Source of the DNA: Utricularia gibba
Taxonomy: Eukaryota > Plantae > Magnoliophyta
Direction: 5' to 3'
NCBI GenBank assembly: GCA_002189035.1
Contig: CM007989.1
Span: forward strand, 3,534,001 to 3,598,000
Length of the DNA: 64,000 bases
Made by a program: the position numbers and the translations under genes. Under the pieces are notes generated by a model. That model was not told the origin of the DNA and did not search any database. It saw only the letters and a list, made by a program, of their open reading frames with translations. This document shows positions 14,326-26,300 of the stretch, in pieces; positions within the stretch are counted from its first letter, which is position 1, and each line of letters begins with the position of its first letter.

Positions 14326-16205
14326 GGGAGGCTTCAGTCAACAGAGGAATGAACTCAGGCTGCACAGTTCTCTCCAGTTGGAGTTTCAAGATCACGCAAC
14401 AGTATATTTATAGCAGAGGAATGATGTGGTGAACCAAACCTAACCCGCGTCCCTTTTCGAGTGTCTCATTCATGGCGTCGCCCACCTCCACGCGCCTCCG
14501 ATGCATGTAGCGGCGACAACGACGCGCAAATATCAATCATTCCCTTCATTATAACCCATTTCATGCAAATAAAGGGAGCTCGCGGCATGAATCTCAGTGG
14601 CCGGTGCCACAGTGTCGCCACGCCGGCCAACAGTAACTTGTATGTAAGAACACCAATTTTTTCCGTTTTCGAATAACAGACAATATTAATAAAATGATAT
14701 TACGTTTGATATATATATTTGAAATTTTTTTAATAAAATAATTACTGTAGAATTGATTCAAAGTGATTTTTATAATCACATGATATATTTAACTCAATCA
14801 TATTATATAAATATTATATAGAGTTATAGAATTGAATTTTATATTATTACAATATAAATCATTTGTACCCTAAAAATTAAAATATTTCAATAACCTACGA
14901 AACATCATTTCAGCGATTTTCAAGAATTAATGACTGTATAAAAGAATTTAATATACGTTGAAAAGATAAAATCAAATTTACAAGAATAAAAATATGATTA
15001 GTTTCCAAATGTTGGTAGAAATTAATGTTACTGTATCTGAGAATTAGTTTTATTTCAGGGAAAGTGTTGGTGTTCTAGAGGGATTGAATGTCCAAATTTG
15101 AAATATTGGTAAGAAAAGAACTGCAGGAGGAGGCTTGGTATTGGAAAACAGGTGGCAAAGCCTGCCTTTTTCGGTATGGTCAAACGGGTCAAAGCATTTG
15201 ACTGTTTTTTGACACAGAAAATTAATACTTTTGACGTGAGTTGAATGTGCAATAAGGCGTTCTCACGACCCATCAAAATGGACCCGGGCGTTTGGACTCG
15301 CGTCTGATCTGATTTGTTGGAACACGATTGATTTTCTTATTCCTCGTATATCGGATAATTTATTACATTACACATCTTAATCATACATTATAATGTATAA
15401 TATTATTGCTGCCTTTAGGATAGAACTCACTCATATTTCGTAAAATATTTCTTTGATTATGTTTTTTTATAGAATAAGAACTTATTCTAAAAAAAAACCT
15501 TAGAGCTTTAAAAAAAAAACCTTATCATTAGTTTCATAAGATGTGAAAGTTTATTTTGTATTAAATAAATTTACTAATTACATATTTAATAAATAATGAT
15601 ATTTAGTACCAGGAATTAGATATCTAAATACTTTTTTTTATTTAAACCTACATTAATGGTAAAACACATCACGTAGATTTAGTTAATCCCATGCAATAAT
15701 AAAAAAAGAGTTTTTTTCTCCAATTATTTGTTATGAGTATTTTAGTAATATTGTATTTCTTCAAACTTTATTATTTATTAAATAATTATTTTTATAAAAT
15801 AAATTAATATTTTCAAATCATTCATTTTTATATAAATTAATCTCACTCATAGTTATTACCATATGGAGTAAAAAATGGACAAGTACCACGTGGAATAATT
15901 ATAATAAGAATACACAAATAGATCTAAGTATTGAACATCAAATCAGCATCCGTTAGAGGAATTAATTATAATAACATGGTCGAGTTAGCCGTTTCAACAG
16001 AATTGAAAAACGGTCGATTTTGTACAAATCCCAGGACAGATGACGATTGTATGTCAGATATCGTATGGCCAGCACAACTATTTAGCACAGAAAACAACTT
16101 ACACCCTTTGAAATTGGTCGGTCGAGTTCCCCTTATAAATAGGAGAACGAGCAAAGAAGAAATGATTATGCATTCTATGCAATCTTTGTAAACCTCTTTT
16201 TATCT

Positions 16206-16224
16206 CCCCCCCCCCCCCCCCCCC
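16206..16224. repeat. Poly-C homopolymer (about C19)
   Basis: Direct reading of the sequence. Confidence 0.9.
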
Positions 16225-18859
16225 AGTAAAACTCACTTTTTTGGTGAGTTATCTTAATTTCGTGATTTTTTAGTTCTGATAATTTCTACGTAAAAATCTA
16301 TTTCTCTTTTATCGGTTATATAAGAATGATAATCATATCCAAAAATAGTGAAATCGGATTTAGGAATACCGATTTCGTTATCCAAAAGTCGGCCAGAGTC
16401 GTGAATCCGATTTTCAACCACAGCACGTACAAATTAAAACATGAACCTTTGGAATTTTTACACAAGAGTAAGGTGTTAAAAAAAACCCAAGCTACCTTTC
16501 TATCGTCTGCCTTTGTAAAAAGATAATTCCTCGTGTTCCATTTGCTCGAGAAATTGGGCCTGAAATTTGCCGAGGCTGTTTTCATTTGCAAACTTATGGG
16601 CCCAATTGATCGAAGGCCTGTTTTCACGCACTCAGCCTGTTTTATTTTTTTGGAACAAGATTGAAGACTAAGGTATGGTGATGGTAAATTTTATTCGATA
16701 ATAAATTTTATATAAAATATTATTTATTACAAGTCAAAAAATTGGTTTTTCATGAAGATAAGGATTAAATTGCTATAATCATGTTTTAGATAATAGTTTA
16801 CTAAATTAATTATCTAATTATTTTTAAATCCTTTTAGGTCATCTTAACCACGATTTATCTTCATATGTTTCACTACATTGTCCAAAAAAATAATAAAATT
16901 GTGAAGCGCTTGCATGGGCGGTTCGATTACGGTTCAAATTGTGATTGATTGCTCTTTTTTTTAAGAAAAAAAATCTTTTTGATGTTTTTATTATAAAAAA
17001 AATCAAATTTTGGTTGAATGGTATGAGTGCATTTTTATTTGGTTTGAAACCCTTTGAAAGCAATTCTTTCCTTGTGGTGAATGCTTCACCTCTTTGGGAG
17101 TTGGCATTGCATTGCAAGACACAAACAAGTTGACTTGTGAAGGATAGATAGATGATGGGAATGGAGAAGTGTTTGACAATGAAGCTGAAATTCATTGTAG
17201 CCACTACATGGTTGGTGTCTTGTCAACATAATTGCCCACTTGGAAGCTCACTTTTTTCAAGAAACTAATCCCCTGCCCACCCCCACCAAACCCTAAACCT
17301 AACCCACAATACCCCCAAGTTGCAGCAGCTCTGCTGCGGCCGACTCATTTGGATCACCCATCCTGCCTTATTCTTGGACCCTCACTCAGCATCCCATTGA
17401 GATTATGCACCTAATCTCTGAAAACCCAAACACTGTTTCTGGGAACCACACGCTTGGGTGGTTCCTGCATTCTGAGAATCATAAACTGGGTTGAATTTAG
17501 AAGGAATGTCGAGGGATCTGCAGTTGATTAACCCTTTTCTTTTTAAAAATGCTGCAAGCCTTTGTGTCTTCTCTGCACCGAAGTTGGTGCGCACCCATTG
17601 TGGTTTATGTATATTATCCTTTGGGAATCACTGAACACTTTTTTTCTTTGTGCACATACATCAGGCCCCCACAGCTTGATTGATGTGCGCTGTCAAATGC
17701 AGTAGCAGATGGGATGAATTTGCTGAAGCAAGGATCCACTAATCAGCCGGTTTCAGAATGCTGCAGTAATACTTTCTCCATCGACATCCAAACCAACAGA
17801 AGAAGATGGAGGGAACTCACTCACTTACCCTACTCGCAACATTCTGTGGTGATTTTGTTGGTAATCTCACCTACTTTACTCTTCGCACAACAAGACACCT
17901 TTTTCCCTTTGGGATGGATATTCTTATTCTAACATTGATCCTTCCAAAAGGGGACGCCACTTTTCCACTAAAAAGTTCGAAACTTACGAACAGAAGCGAC
18001 ACAATCTTGTTATTGAAAAAAAAAAAAGAACACAAACACACAGAAGCGTTACAAAGGTCTAATCTTGCTAATTCAAATTGCACAGTTAGGCCTCCAACTC
18101 CATATTACTTACAGGGAGTGTGAAAAGGATCAGCCCACAAAAAAAATGTCATTTTTGAAAATTAACCATCCTAACATTCTATTTCTTACATTATTCAGCA
18201 ATTTTTCATACATAAAATTTATTTACATTTTTTAAAAAGAATAATACTGACATTTTCTCACAGACCACGATCAATTTTTTACATATGTTCCGTAGTATAA
18301 TAAAATTGGGCTCTTGAGTGCAATAAATCATCAGGAGAATGAAAATACGTTCTTCAGAAAAAAAAAACTAATACAATTTTTTTAAAAAAAGTGGCTCGGT
18401 CTGTCATTTCACTCTGACAAGATACAACTTGAGTCGGGGCAGACGACTCGGCTTTCAACGCGCCATGATGGGCTTTTTACAAATGGGTTCCGGCGGAGGC
18501 CCAGGTCGGTTGCTTTTTGAATAAAAAAAAAGGAAACGTTGCTTTCAATAATCTATAAATAGACAAGAACCCGTCTCTTTCAAACTCCCATAAAGGGAAA
18601 GAGTTGGGCCATAATGAACACGGCGGCGCTTACCGGTAGGAAATTCTTTAGGGTTAGCCATTGTTGATAAGAGTGGAGTTTGATTGGGTCAATGAGATCA
18701 GTTGGGTGGAATCCTTGATGAAAGTCAGATGAAGGCATAGGTAGGTGGTGTTGGCCACTTCTGCAAAAGGGTTTGTGGTAATAGAAGCAAATGATTTGGA
18801 TGGTTGAAACTAAAGTCAGAAAATTGAGAAGAGGAATAGTCAGAATTGAAATCGATTCG

Positions 18860-20199
18860 TCAGCACTCTGCGCAGTTTTTCTTCATCTTCATCATTCTCC
18901 GGGCGGTGGCGCGGAGGGGGCATCTGGACCCAACGAACCCATTCACCAGTTGGAGATATGTTTTGAGATCGTGACATTTGGCCGGATCGAGCGCCTCCTC
19001 GCTTTGTAGTCTGAGCTCGCACCCCACGTCTGCGTATGCCCATAGGGTGTCCTCCATGAGTTTACGGAGCCAGCCCCCGAGATTGGCTTCCGCCGCCGCG
19101 TCGTCGGTTTCGACCACGAATCCGGGGAGTTTGGTGATCATGTCATTGGGGTTCACGATGCGTAGGATTTTCGTTCCTTGTTCCTCCAACCGCCGCCGGA
19201 ATCTGCAGTCCCCGACGCGGGGTCCGGCGAAGGACACCACCGTGACCAAGGCTGAGGTTTTGAACGTTTTCTTGATGTCGTAGGCGGCGAGGGTGGCGAG
19301 TGCGGCGCCGAGGGAGTGGCCGGTGAATGTGAAGCTCAGAGGCTCATCGCTGTACGTTTCTAGGATCCTCCCGATTTCCTCCCTCACCATCTTCTGCAAA
19401 CTTGGTACATTTCCCGCGCTCGAGGTGTACAAGCTCAGGAACCCACTTTCCACCATCGATGCAGAGTCGCAGTCGTCTCCCGTGGCTTCTCCGGCCACTT
19501 TTCCGGTGACTGGTGTCAACGTTGCGCGTAGATTTTCCAGCCATTCGAAGATCGTGGCCGTCCCCCGGAGCGCAATCACCACGTCCCTTCTCCCGATTCC
19601 TGCAATGCAGTACATAAATATCTCATCTCACAAGCCCATCACCCCCCAAAAAAAAAGGAAAAAAAATTAAAATCATGTTACATTTAATTACCAGCCACTT
19701 TTTTCCGGTCTTGGCAAACGGCGACGTATCCGATCCAACTAGACCGCATTGGGAGAGCTTTTCCAGTTACCCAATTCGGCAAACTGATCCCCGACGTGGC
19801 CGTCAAATTCTTAGTGACTTTATAGCCGGTTCCGGAGAATCCAGTACCTTCCAACAGCCTCCTTTTAGGATACTTGGACACGCCGTACGACATCGACCAA
19901 GGATCGAAATGGCAGGCTTGATACGCCGCCTCCACGAAGTGCCCGTACCTGATGATCTCCTGTCGGAGATTCTCGTCCAATGGATCGAGCAGGCCTTCCC
20001 AGTCTCTAATCCCCTGGTACTCCATCCATTTCGGCTGTTCCGGCGGAGCCCCCGCGTCGAGGAAGAGGCGCTCCATTCTCCTGCGAGTTCCCTGGACGGC
20101 GAGGGTGTCCCCGGAGATGGACCCGCGCGCCGCGGAGGCGACCCCGGCGCGGTTCCAGGGCGTGCATGGCCGTACGAGTTCGGATGCCGTCAGCTTCAT
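18860..20199 (-). CDS. DAD1: DAD1-like phospholipase A1, copy B, two exons (intron 19600-19691)
   Basis: WMEYQGIRDWEGLLDPLD, SSWIGYVAVCQD, GHSLG and a C-terminal FVGSRCPLRATARR, as remembered for DAD1. A phase-1 GT-AG intron joins KVA-G-IGRRDVV in frame. Confidence 0.92.
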
Positions 20200-21836
20200 G
20201 GTTTCTGGCTCACCTCTTTATCAGCCATAACTCTTCTTATAGAGCCGGAAGAGTGCACAAAATAACACACATTGCACAGCAACTTGAAGCTGAAGACTTA
20301 ACCGACTTAGTATTGACTTTTGAAATGGAAGAGAAAACGAGAGGTCCATCTTTCCAAGAAAAGGGATGTGCTCGGAGTTGGGTTCGTTCATATTGTTGTC
20401 AAATATTTCATCGATAAAAGAAAACAAAAAAAAACCAGAGAACTTGAGCTACGTTAAAAGACTGTTCTGTATGTAAAAGAGGGGAGTGCTCCTTTGGACG
20501 TGGCTTCCCCCGTGTGGCTCTGGAAATCGACGGCCCACGTTGTTCACCAGACAGCATCAGAGATCAGTGATAGGTGACGTGGCCGTCTGTGAATCGAATG
20601 ATGGAGGTGCACTGTGCTGTAAACTATGTTTGTTGTGTTCATTGCTTTTAGAAAGGCTTCTCCTCCCTCCCTCTCTCCCTCTCCACAGAAAAAAGAGCTC
20701 CACATCCCAATTCCCACCCACAAAACAATTTTCTTTTTTCCCCAGAAGGGATTAATTCCATGCATTTTCTACTGTTTCAAGTGCATTCTGAGGAGGATCG
20801 GTCGAAATTCAGATAGATGCTCACAATGTTAGAACAGCTCGTGGTAGTAATATTTCGATGACTTTAAGGATGATTGTCCTTGGCGCGCGTGTCTGATGTT
20901 AGATGGAAATGTTGAAACAACCATGTGTATTACTGCGTTTCCTCACTTGGATCACACTCAAATAGCATTCAAGCATATGCTGCAATACATGCAAATATCC
21001 CATTCTTATCCATCCGGTCCAAAACCAAACCGGACCTCATCATCATTGTAGATAAGCATGCAAATCTTGAAACTCAAACTAAAAAGCACAAAAATCAATC
21101 GTCTAAATTTTAATAGAATTTTTTTAAACAGGAGAAGTAACACAGTCTCCAATTGAGTACAACTATTATTGAAATTAAGAATTCTATAGATTGAATAAAT
21201 ATACGTGAAATTCAAATACACAAGAAAATAGATCATATTAATAAAATACTAGATTCAAATCATTATTTCATTTTCAAATCTCGATATAAAATTAATTATT
21301 CTAATAATTATTAAAATAGACGGATATCATGGGACGCCTGGCTGCTCATCGGAGAAGAGATTCCATGGAATGGCGGCCCCGCCCCCCAAAGATGCACTAG
21401 AGCAAGAAAAAAAAGGGGCACAACTTTAATCACGATATAAAGGCCTAAAAAATGGCCAAAGTTGGCAGGTTATGCTCCCTACATTTGTCAACTTGGACAT
21501 GATTTGGGAAAGTGATTCTTGTATCAAATCGCGGTTATGGGGCATCGAAAAAAGATCACAACTGGAGAAGTGGATCACAACGAGTCGCCGTGTCTAGTGG
21601 ACACGGGCTGCTTTACAGGATGCGTGAGTGAGATTTGCCACGGGAGGGCATCACAGACAGACTTCATGGTTCTGAAACAAGTGTAGTAGTATCGGTAAGA
21701 GGCATGGCTACGTGTTCGCTCACTGAGGCGCCTCCTTCCACTTCACCAACGCCATGGATTTTTTTATATGGAATGTACGATTTCTAAAAGTGCTAGTCAA
21801 GACAGTGGATAATTAACAAATGGTGGAATCTACATG

Positions 21837-21896
<60 letters not shown>
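21837..21896. repeat. (ATT)n microsatellite, about 20 units
   Basis: Direct reading of the sequence. Confidence 0.95.
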
Positions 21897-21904
21897 TATT
21901 AAAG

Positions 21905-22432
21905 TATTCGGTTCGAAACCAATTGGCTTCATCAAACTAATGGCTCATAAACCATAATTTGATCCAAATTCGATTGTGGTTGGAAACCGAAATTATAAAC
22001 CCGGAACGGAATCGGAATCGAAATCGGAAATAAATAATATAATTTCGATTGGAATTGTGGTTTTAAGTATTTAAAATTATTTTTTAAAAAAAATATATAT
22101 TTTCAGATATTCACAAATGCCTATTATGGATATCTTGAAATACTCCAAAAAAAATGATAATTTTTTTAGTCATCCACATGAGTAGATGTGATTGCTTGAG
22201 AATTACAATGTTTTTTTAAATTTTTTTAGACGACACCCATAACGATTTTCATGGATGTCTAAAAATGTTCTCCAAAGATGTTCATTTTTTTGAAGCATTT
22301 ACAATGGTTTGTGTAGAGATTTGAAATCGACAATAGCAACTGTAGTTTCGTGATTCCAAAAATGATTAACTGATTTGAAATCGTTGAAAAAGTGAAAATC
22401 TTGAACCAAAACCATGATTGAAGCCAATTACA
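21905..22432. mobile_element. Possible degenerate non-autonomous DNA transposon remnant (hAT-like)
   Basis: Short inverted repeat AATTGGCTTCA (~21921) / TGAAGCCAATT (~22419) and clustered AACCG/GAATCG motifs; no target-site duplication (TSD) identified. Confidence 0.3.
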
Positions 22433-22439
22433 ATTCTAA

Positions 22440-22651
22440 GAGTTTGTTTGGTATAGCTTCTGCTTCAATAGAAGCATTTCTAAAAACAATTCTCAAACAA
22501 AACACGTGTTGTTTTTGCTCCATATGGAATTTAAATAATGAAGTACTTCGATTTTTTTAGAAGCTGGGATACTCCTACTCAAAAAAAATATCAAAGCGCT
22601 TCTAGAATCACTTCTTTGAAGTTGTTTTTTGAAACAATATTAAACAGATCT
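22440..22651. mobile_element. Tourist (PIF/Harbinger)-like MITE
   Basis: TAA-GAGTTTGTTTGGTA ... TATTAAACAGATC-TTAA imperfect terminal inverted repeats (TIRs), with internal AGCTTCT/AGAAGCT inverted motifs. Confidence 0.45.
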
Positions 22652-23370
22652 TAACCAAGTCACCTCCTCCCACTTCCACTTCATCAAACCATATGATTTT
22701 TTTGTATGGAACGTACAATTTCTACAACTGCCAATCAAGATGGTGGATAATTAACACAAGGTAGAATCTACATGATTTTTTTTTGTTCGTTTAAAGGGAT
22801 TCGGAAAATTCAGGGGGAGGGGAATAATTTGATTTGTCGTCCTTCAATGATTAGCGCAATAATTAAGTGTTGGCCCATGTGACGAGAATGTGACTGCTGT
22901 GGGCACTTACACGGCTACTTGTTTCTCATTCGGTGTTGGTTGTTGTTATCGTAGCGGACCATCTTACTGCTTTTGTACAATCACTTCAATTTCGCTATCT
23001 CCACTCAACGACACTCACTAACCTCCCTCTTTCGTGTATACCCATGATGGTCTACTACTGCCACTGTAACATGACTGCACTCCTAGGAAACTTAATTTCA
23101 AAAAGTGTTTTTTTTGAATTAAATTCTATTACATTTTAAAATAATTTTTTAGAATTGTGACAAAATTGTTATTTTTCAGAAACAAAAGTTATATCAAATG
23201 AAACCTTACTCAAACCGGGTTCGTCTCTTGGAAATGTTTTGATGCAAAAATCCCCTCACACCGAAGGAAGAGTTTTGATTCGAATCAGTAGTAATGAGAA
23301 CATTATTAGTGGTAGCTGACTGTAAGTTGAAATGCTGAATGAATAAAATGAGCGAAAAAAAGGGGGAATT

Positions 23371-26300
23371 CTAAAAACCAGGCAAAATGGAGAGGTCTGC
23401 GATTCCTTTGGGGAGCTCTGATATTTTCCTGAGAAGAGAGAGCCTATTTTTCCTGACCCTTTCATCCTCCTGCGACCAGTTGTTTGATATATTGATATGA
23501 GTCATTTGCATATAGTAGCATGCATCCTTGTGCTGGATGAAGAAGAAGCATGGAGTGAGGAACTTACCACCATGACAAAAACGTGGTTGAAGAAATCTTC
23601 CAGTGGCTGGATCAAAATGGCTGATGCTTCGACAAACTCATCCACGTCCATGTCTAGAGAACAGAGATGCAGTAAGGTGTGAAATGATGGGCAATGTGAT
23701 GCAATGGATAGGTCAGGAGGATGAACAAACTTGGATGGATCTTGCTCCTCAAGGTGGTGAAAGTGCTCCACAATGCTCTCTCTTCTGGAGTTTCGAAGGC
23801 TGTTTCGTTTACCTGATCATATGATGGGTTTAACAGTTAGGAAAGGAAGGGAATAGAGAGAAAACAAACGCCATCTTTTGGAGTTCAGGGATATGAGCGA
23901 TGATCATTGGAATCCATGAGGGCTAAAAAAGGGTCATTTTAAGGGATACCTCCAGATTCCCATCAACATCTTTTCCACGAGCAATTCTTGTTGGACGTGA
24001 ATAAGCCTCAACAATTTTGGGCAGCAGCTCACCTTGCGAAAGCGCATTCATCTGGAAAGGGATGCAGTGAGAATTCTTCATGCTAATAGCAAGCAAACGT
24101 GGAAGAAGGGTTTTAAGGGCACTTGCCTTGTGTGCAGATTTAGTTGCCAGACAAGGCTGATTGGCACGCTCTGCAAGAACAGACCGAACGACTTCTGGAG
24201 CTATTCCTTGATCTACCTGTTAAGTAGTGCATGCCAGGAAGAGGTCAAAATCGAAATAAATGATGTGTCTACAAAAGCACTTCAATTTGGTTTCCCCATT
24301 TGAAGAGAAGCAGGTTGTACAAACTAATAAGAAATTCAAAGGTAATGTGACGTACCAGAAGCTGTTCCAGCCTTCTTGTTACAAATTGAAACACCTGCAA
24401 AACAAGAGCGAGTTAATCTTTGGTTCAAGGAAAAAGCGGGCTCAACGATTAGTTTTACATCACATGCCAAGAAGAAAGTAAAGATAATAAGGATACTGCA
24501 ATTCAAGTGTAAGCTATTTGAATTGTAAAACAGGGGCACATTTCTTTTTTTTTTTTTAGCATCTTACATCATCTATTGTTTGTTCATCCACTTTAATCGG
24601 CTGAATTGCAGCAGCAAGCCGCAAAGCATGCTTGAGCTCTAAGTCTCTCTCGGTTCCAACTAAGATTTGCACCTATAACCAACACATGAATCATCGTCTC
24701 TATATCCAGCATAAAAGGGTATTAAAATTCCATGAAGGCATACCAAACCATAGGAAATTCTTCGCAAACCAAAAGGATCATTACTAGAGGTTGGTTGGCA
24801 ACCAGCGGCAAACAAACCCACAAGACTGTCCAATCTGCCAAAGCCCAAAGAGAAATAAACACATGATAGTCGAGGCTCAGCAACATTAGATTGGATTGAG
24901 TCGCACCTGTCAGCTATTGCTAGTATCGCACCAGCATCAGTCTTTGGCAAAACATCTCCCGACGAACGAGGAAGGGTAATCTCCAATAGTGCCTCAGCGA
25001 CCTGGTTGAGAGGATTGTTTAGTGAGCATAATTTAGCTAGTTACAGTTTTCCGGGCAATTCTTTTGCTTGAACCTGTTCTGAGTAGCCATCTCTTAGGGC
25101 GTAGTGACGACCCATGACACCAGCAAGAGCAGTAAATTCAGTTACAACTGCGGAAGCAAGATCGGACATGGCTAATTGTGCTGCATCACCCACAATCTGG
25201 CGAGTATCTTCAGATACCCCCAAAGACACACCAACTTCTGTGGCCAGGGTATGAATGCGATATGTTTTGTCCAGCATCGTCCCTAGTTTTTCCTGTTTTT
25301 CCATGCTAGTAAAATAAACGATGGGAAATTCTGACAAGTATTACATATCAATGACACTGCTATATCTTCTCCAGTGATGCACACCAAGTGTTCCTAACAC
25401 TACAATGAACTTACATGGAAAAGAATCCCCTTCAACTGATCCTTGAATTCTGAGAATTTCCTACTAATGTCCAACCCATAGAAGAATTTTGCATCCTCAT
25501 ATCGAGCTCTGAGAATATATTTTAGCATAAAAAAAACTTGAAAGAAAATTCAACAGTTTAGTTTTTAAATCAACCAGATTTGAGCCTACATATTGAAATA
25601 TATAGAGAAGTACCAACTATATCACCTCAGTACAGCTTCATTCCCTTTCCGCACAACCTCTTCATTGATTGCTCCATTTGCAACCTAGAAGTTGAAAAAA
25701 GAAATCATGAAACTCTGATATTATTAACAACATATGAACACCGTAATTAAAATGCCCAACAGCAATAAAATATGGAGACAGCTTTCCATCCTGATCAGTT
25801 ACAGCAAAGTATTTCTGATGCTTCTGCATAACCTGCATGATATCACATGGACAACCATGATGGGTAAACCAGACAAAGGGGAAAAAAGACGAAGAATGAC
25901 ATAGTATGCAGAAAGCTAGTACAGCTGGATGGCAACAAACCATTTTCAACAGGTCAGCTGGAAGTTCTAGAAAGGAGGAATTAAACTGGCCAAGAATAGG
26001 TCTAGGCGCTTCAACAAGATTAACAACCTGTATGCATAAAATCATGAGAGACTCTTCAAAAGGAATAAAAGGACATGGAAGAAAATGCTGCGACTTAATT
26101 CCACACCTCATCCAGCAATTCACTTTGCATCACAACAGAGCCATTTATAGTTGCAACAGCGGATACACATTTCTCTAAAATGATCTTCTTTCGTTGCTAA
26201 AAATGAAGATATAGGAAAAAGGTAATTATAACTGTCCCTTAAGGTTCCTCGATCCATTATAAGATCATACATAGGGGATGTACCTGAATATCGACTGTGA

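Larger units (their letters stand above)
21736..22777 (+). repeat. Diverged 104-bp direct repeat pair (21736-21839 and 22674-22777)
   Basis: Manual ungapped alignment gives about 85/104 identity. Confidence 0.85.

Noticed and set aside
21909-21920. GGTTCGAAACC resembling a tRNA B-box
   Set aside because: No cloverleaf or A-box; it lies in a repeat-derived segment.
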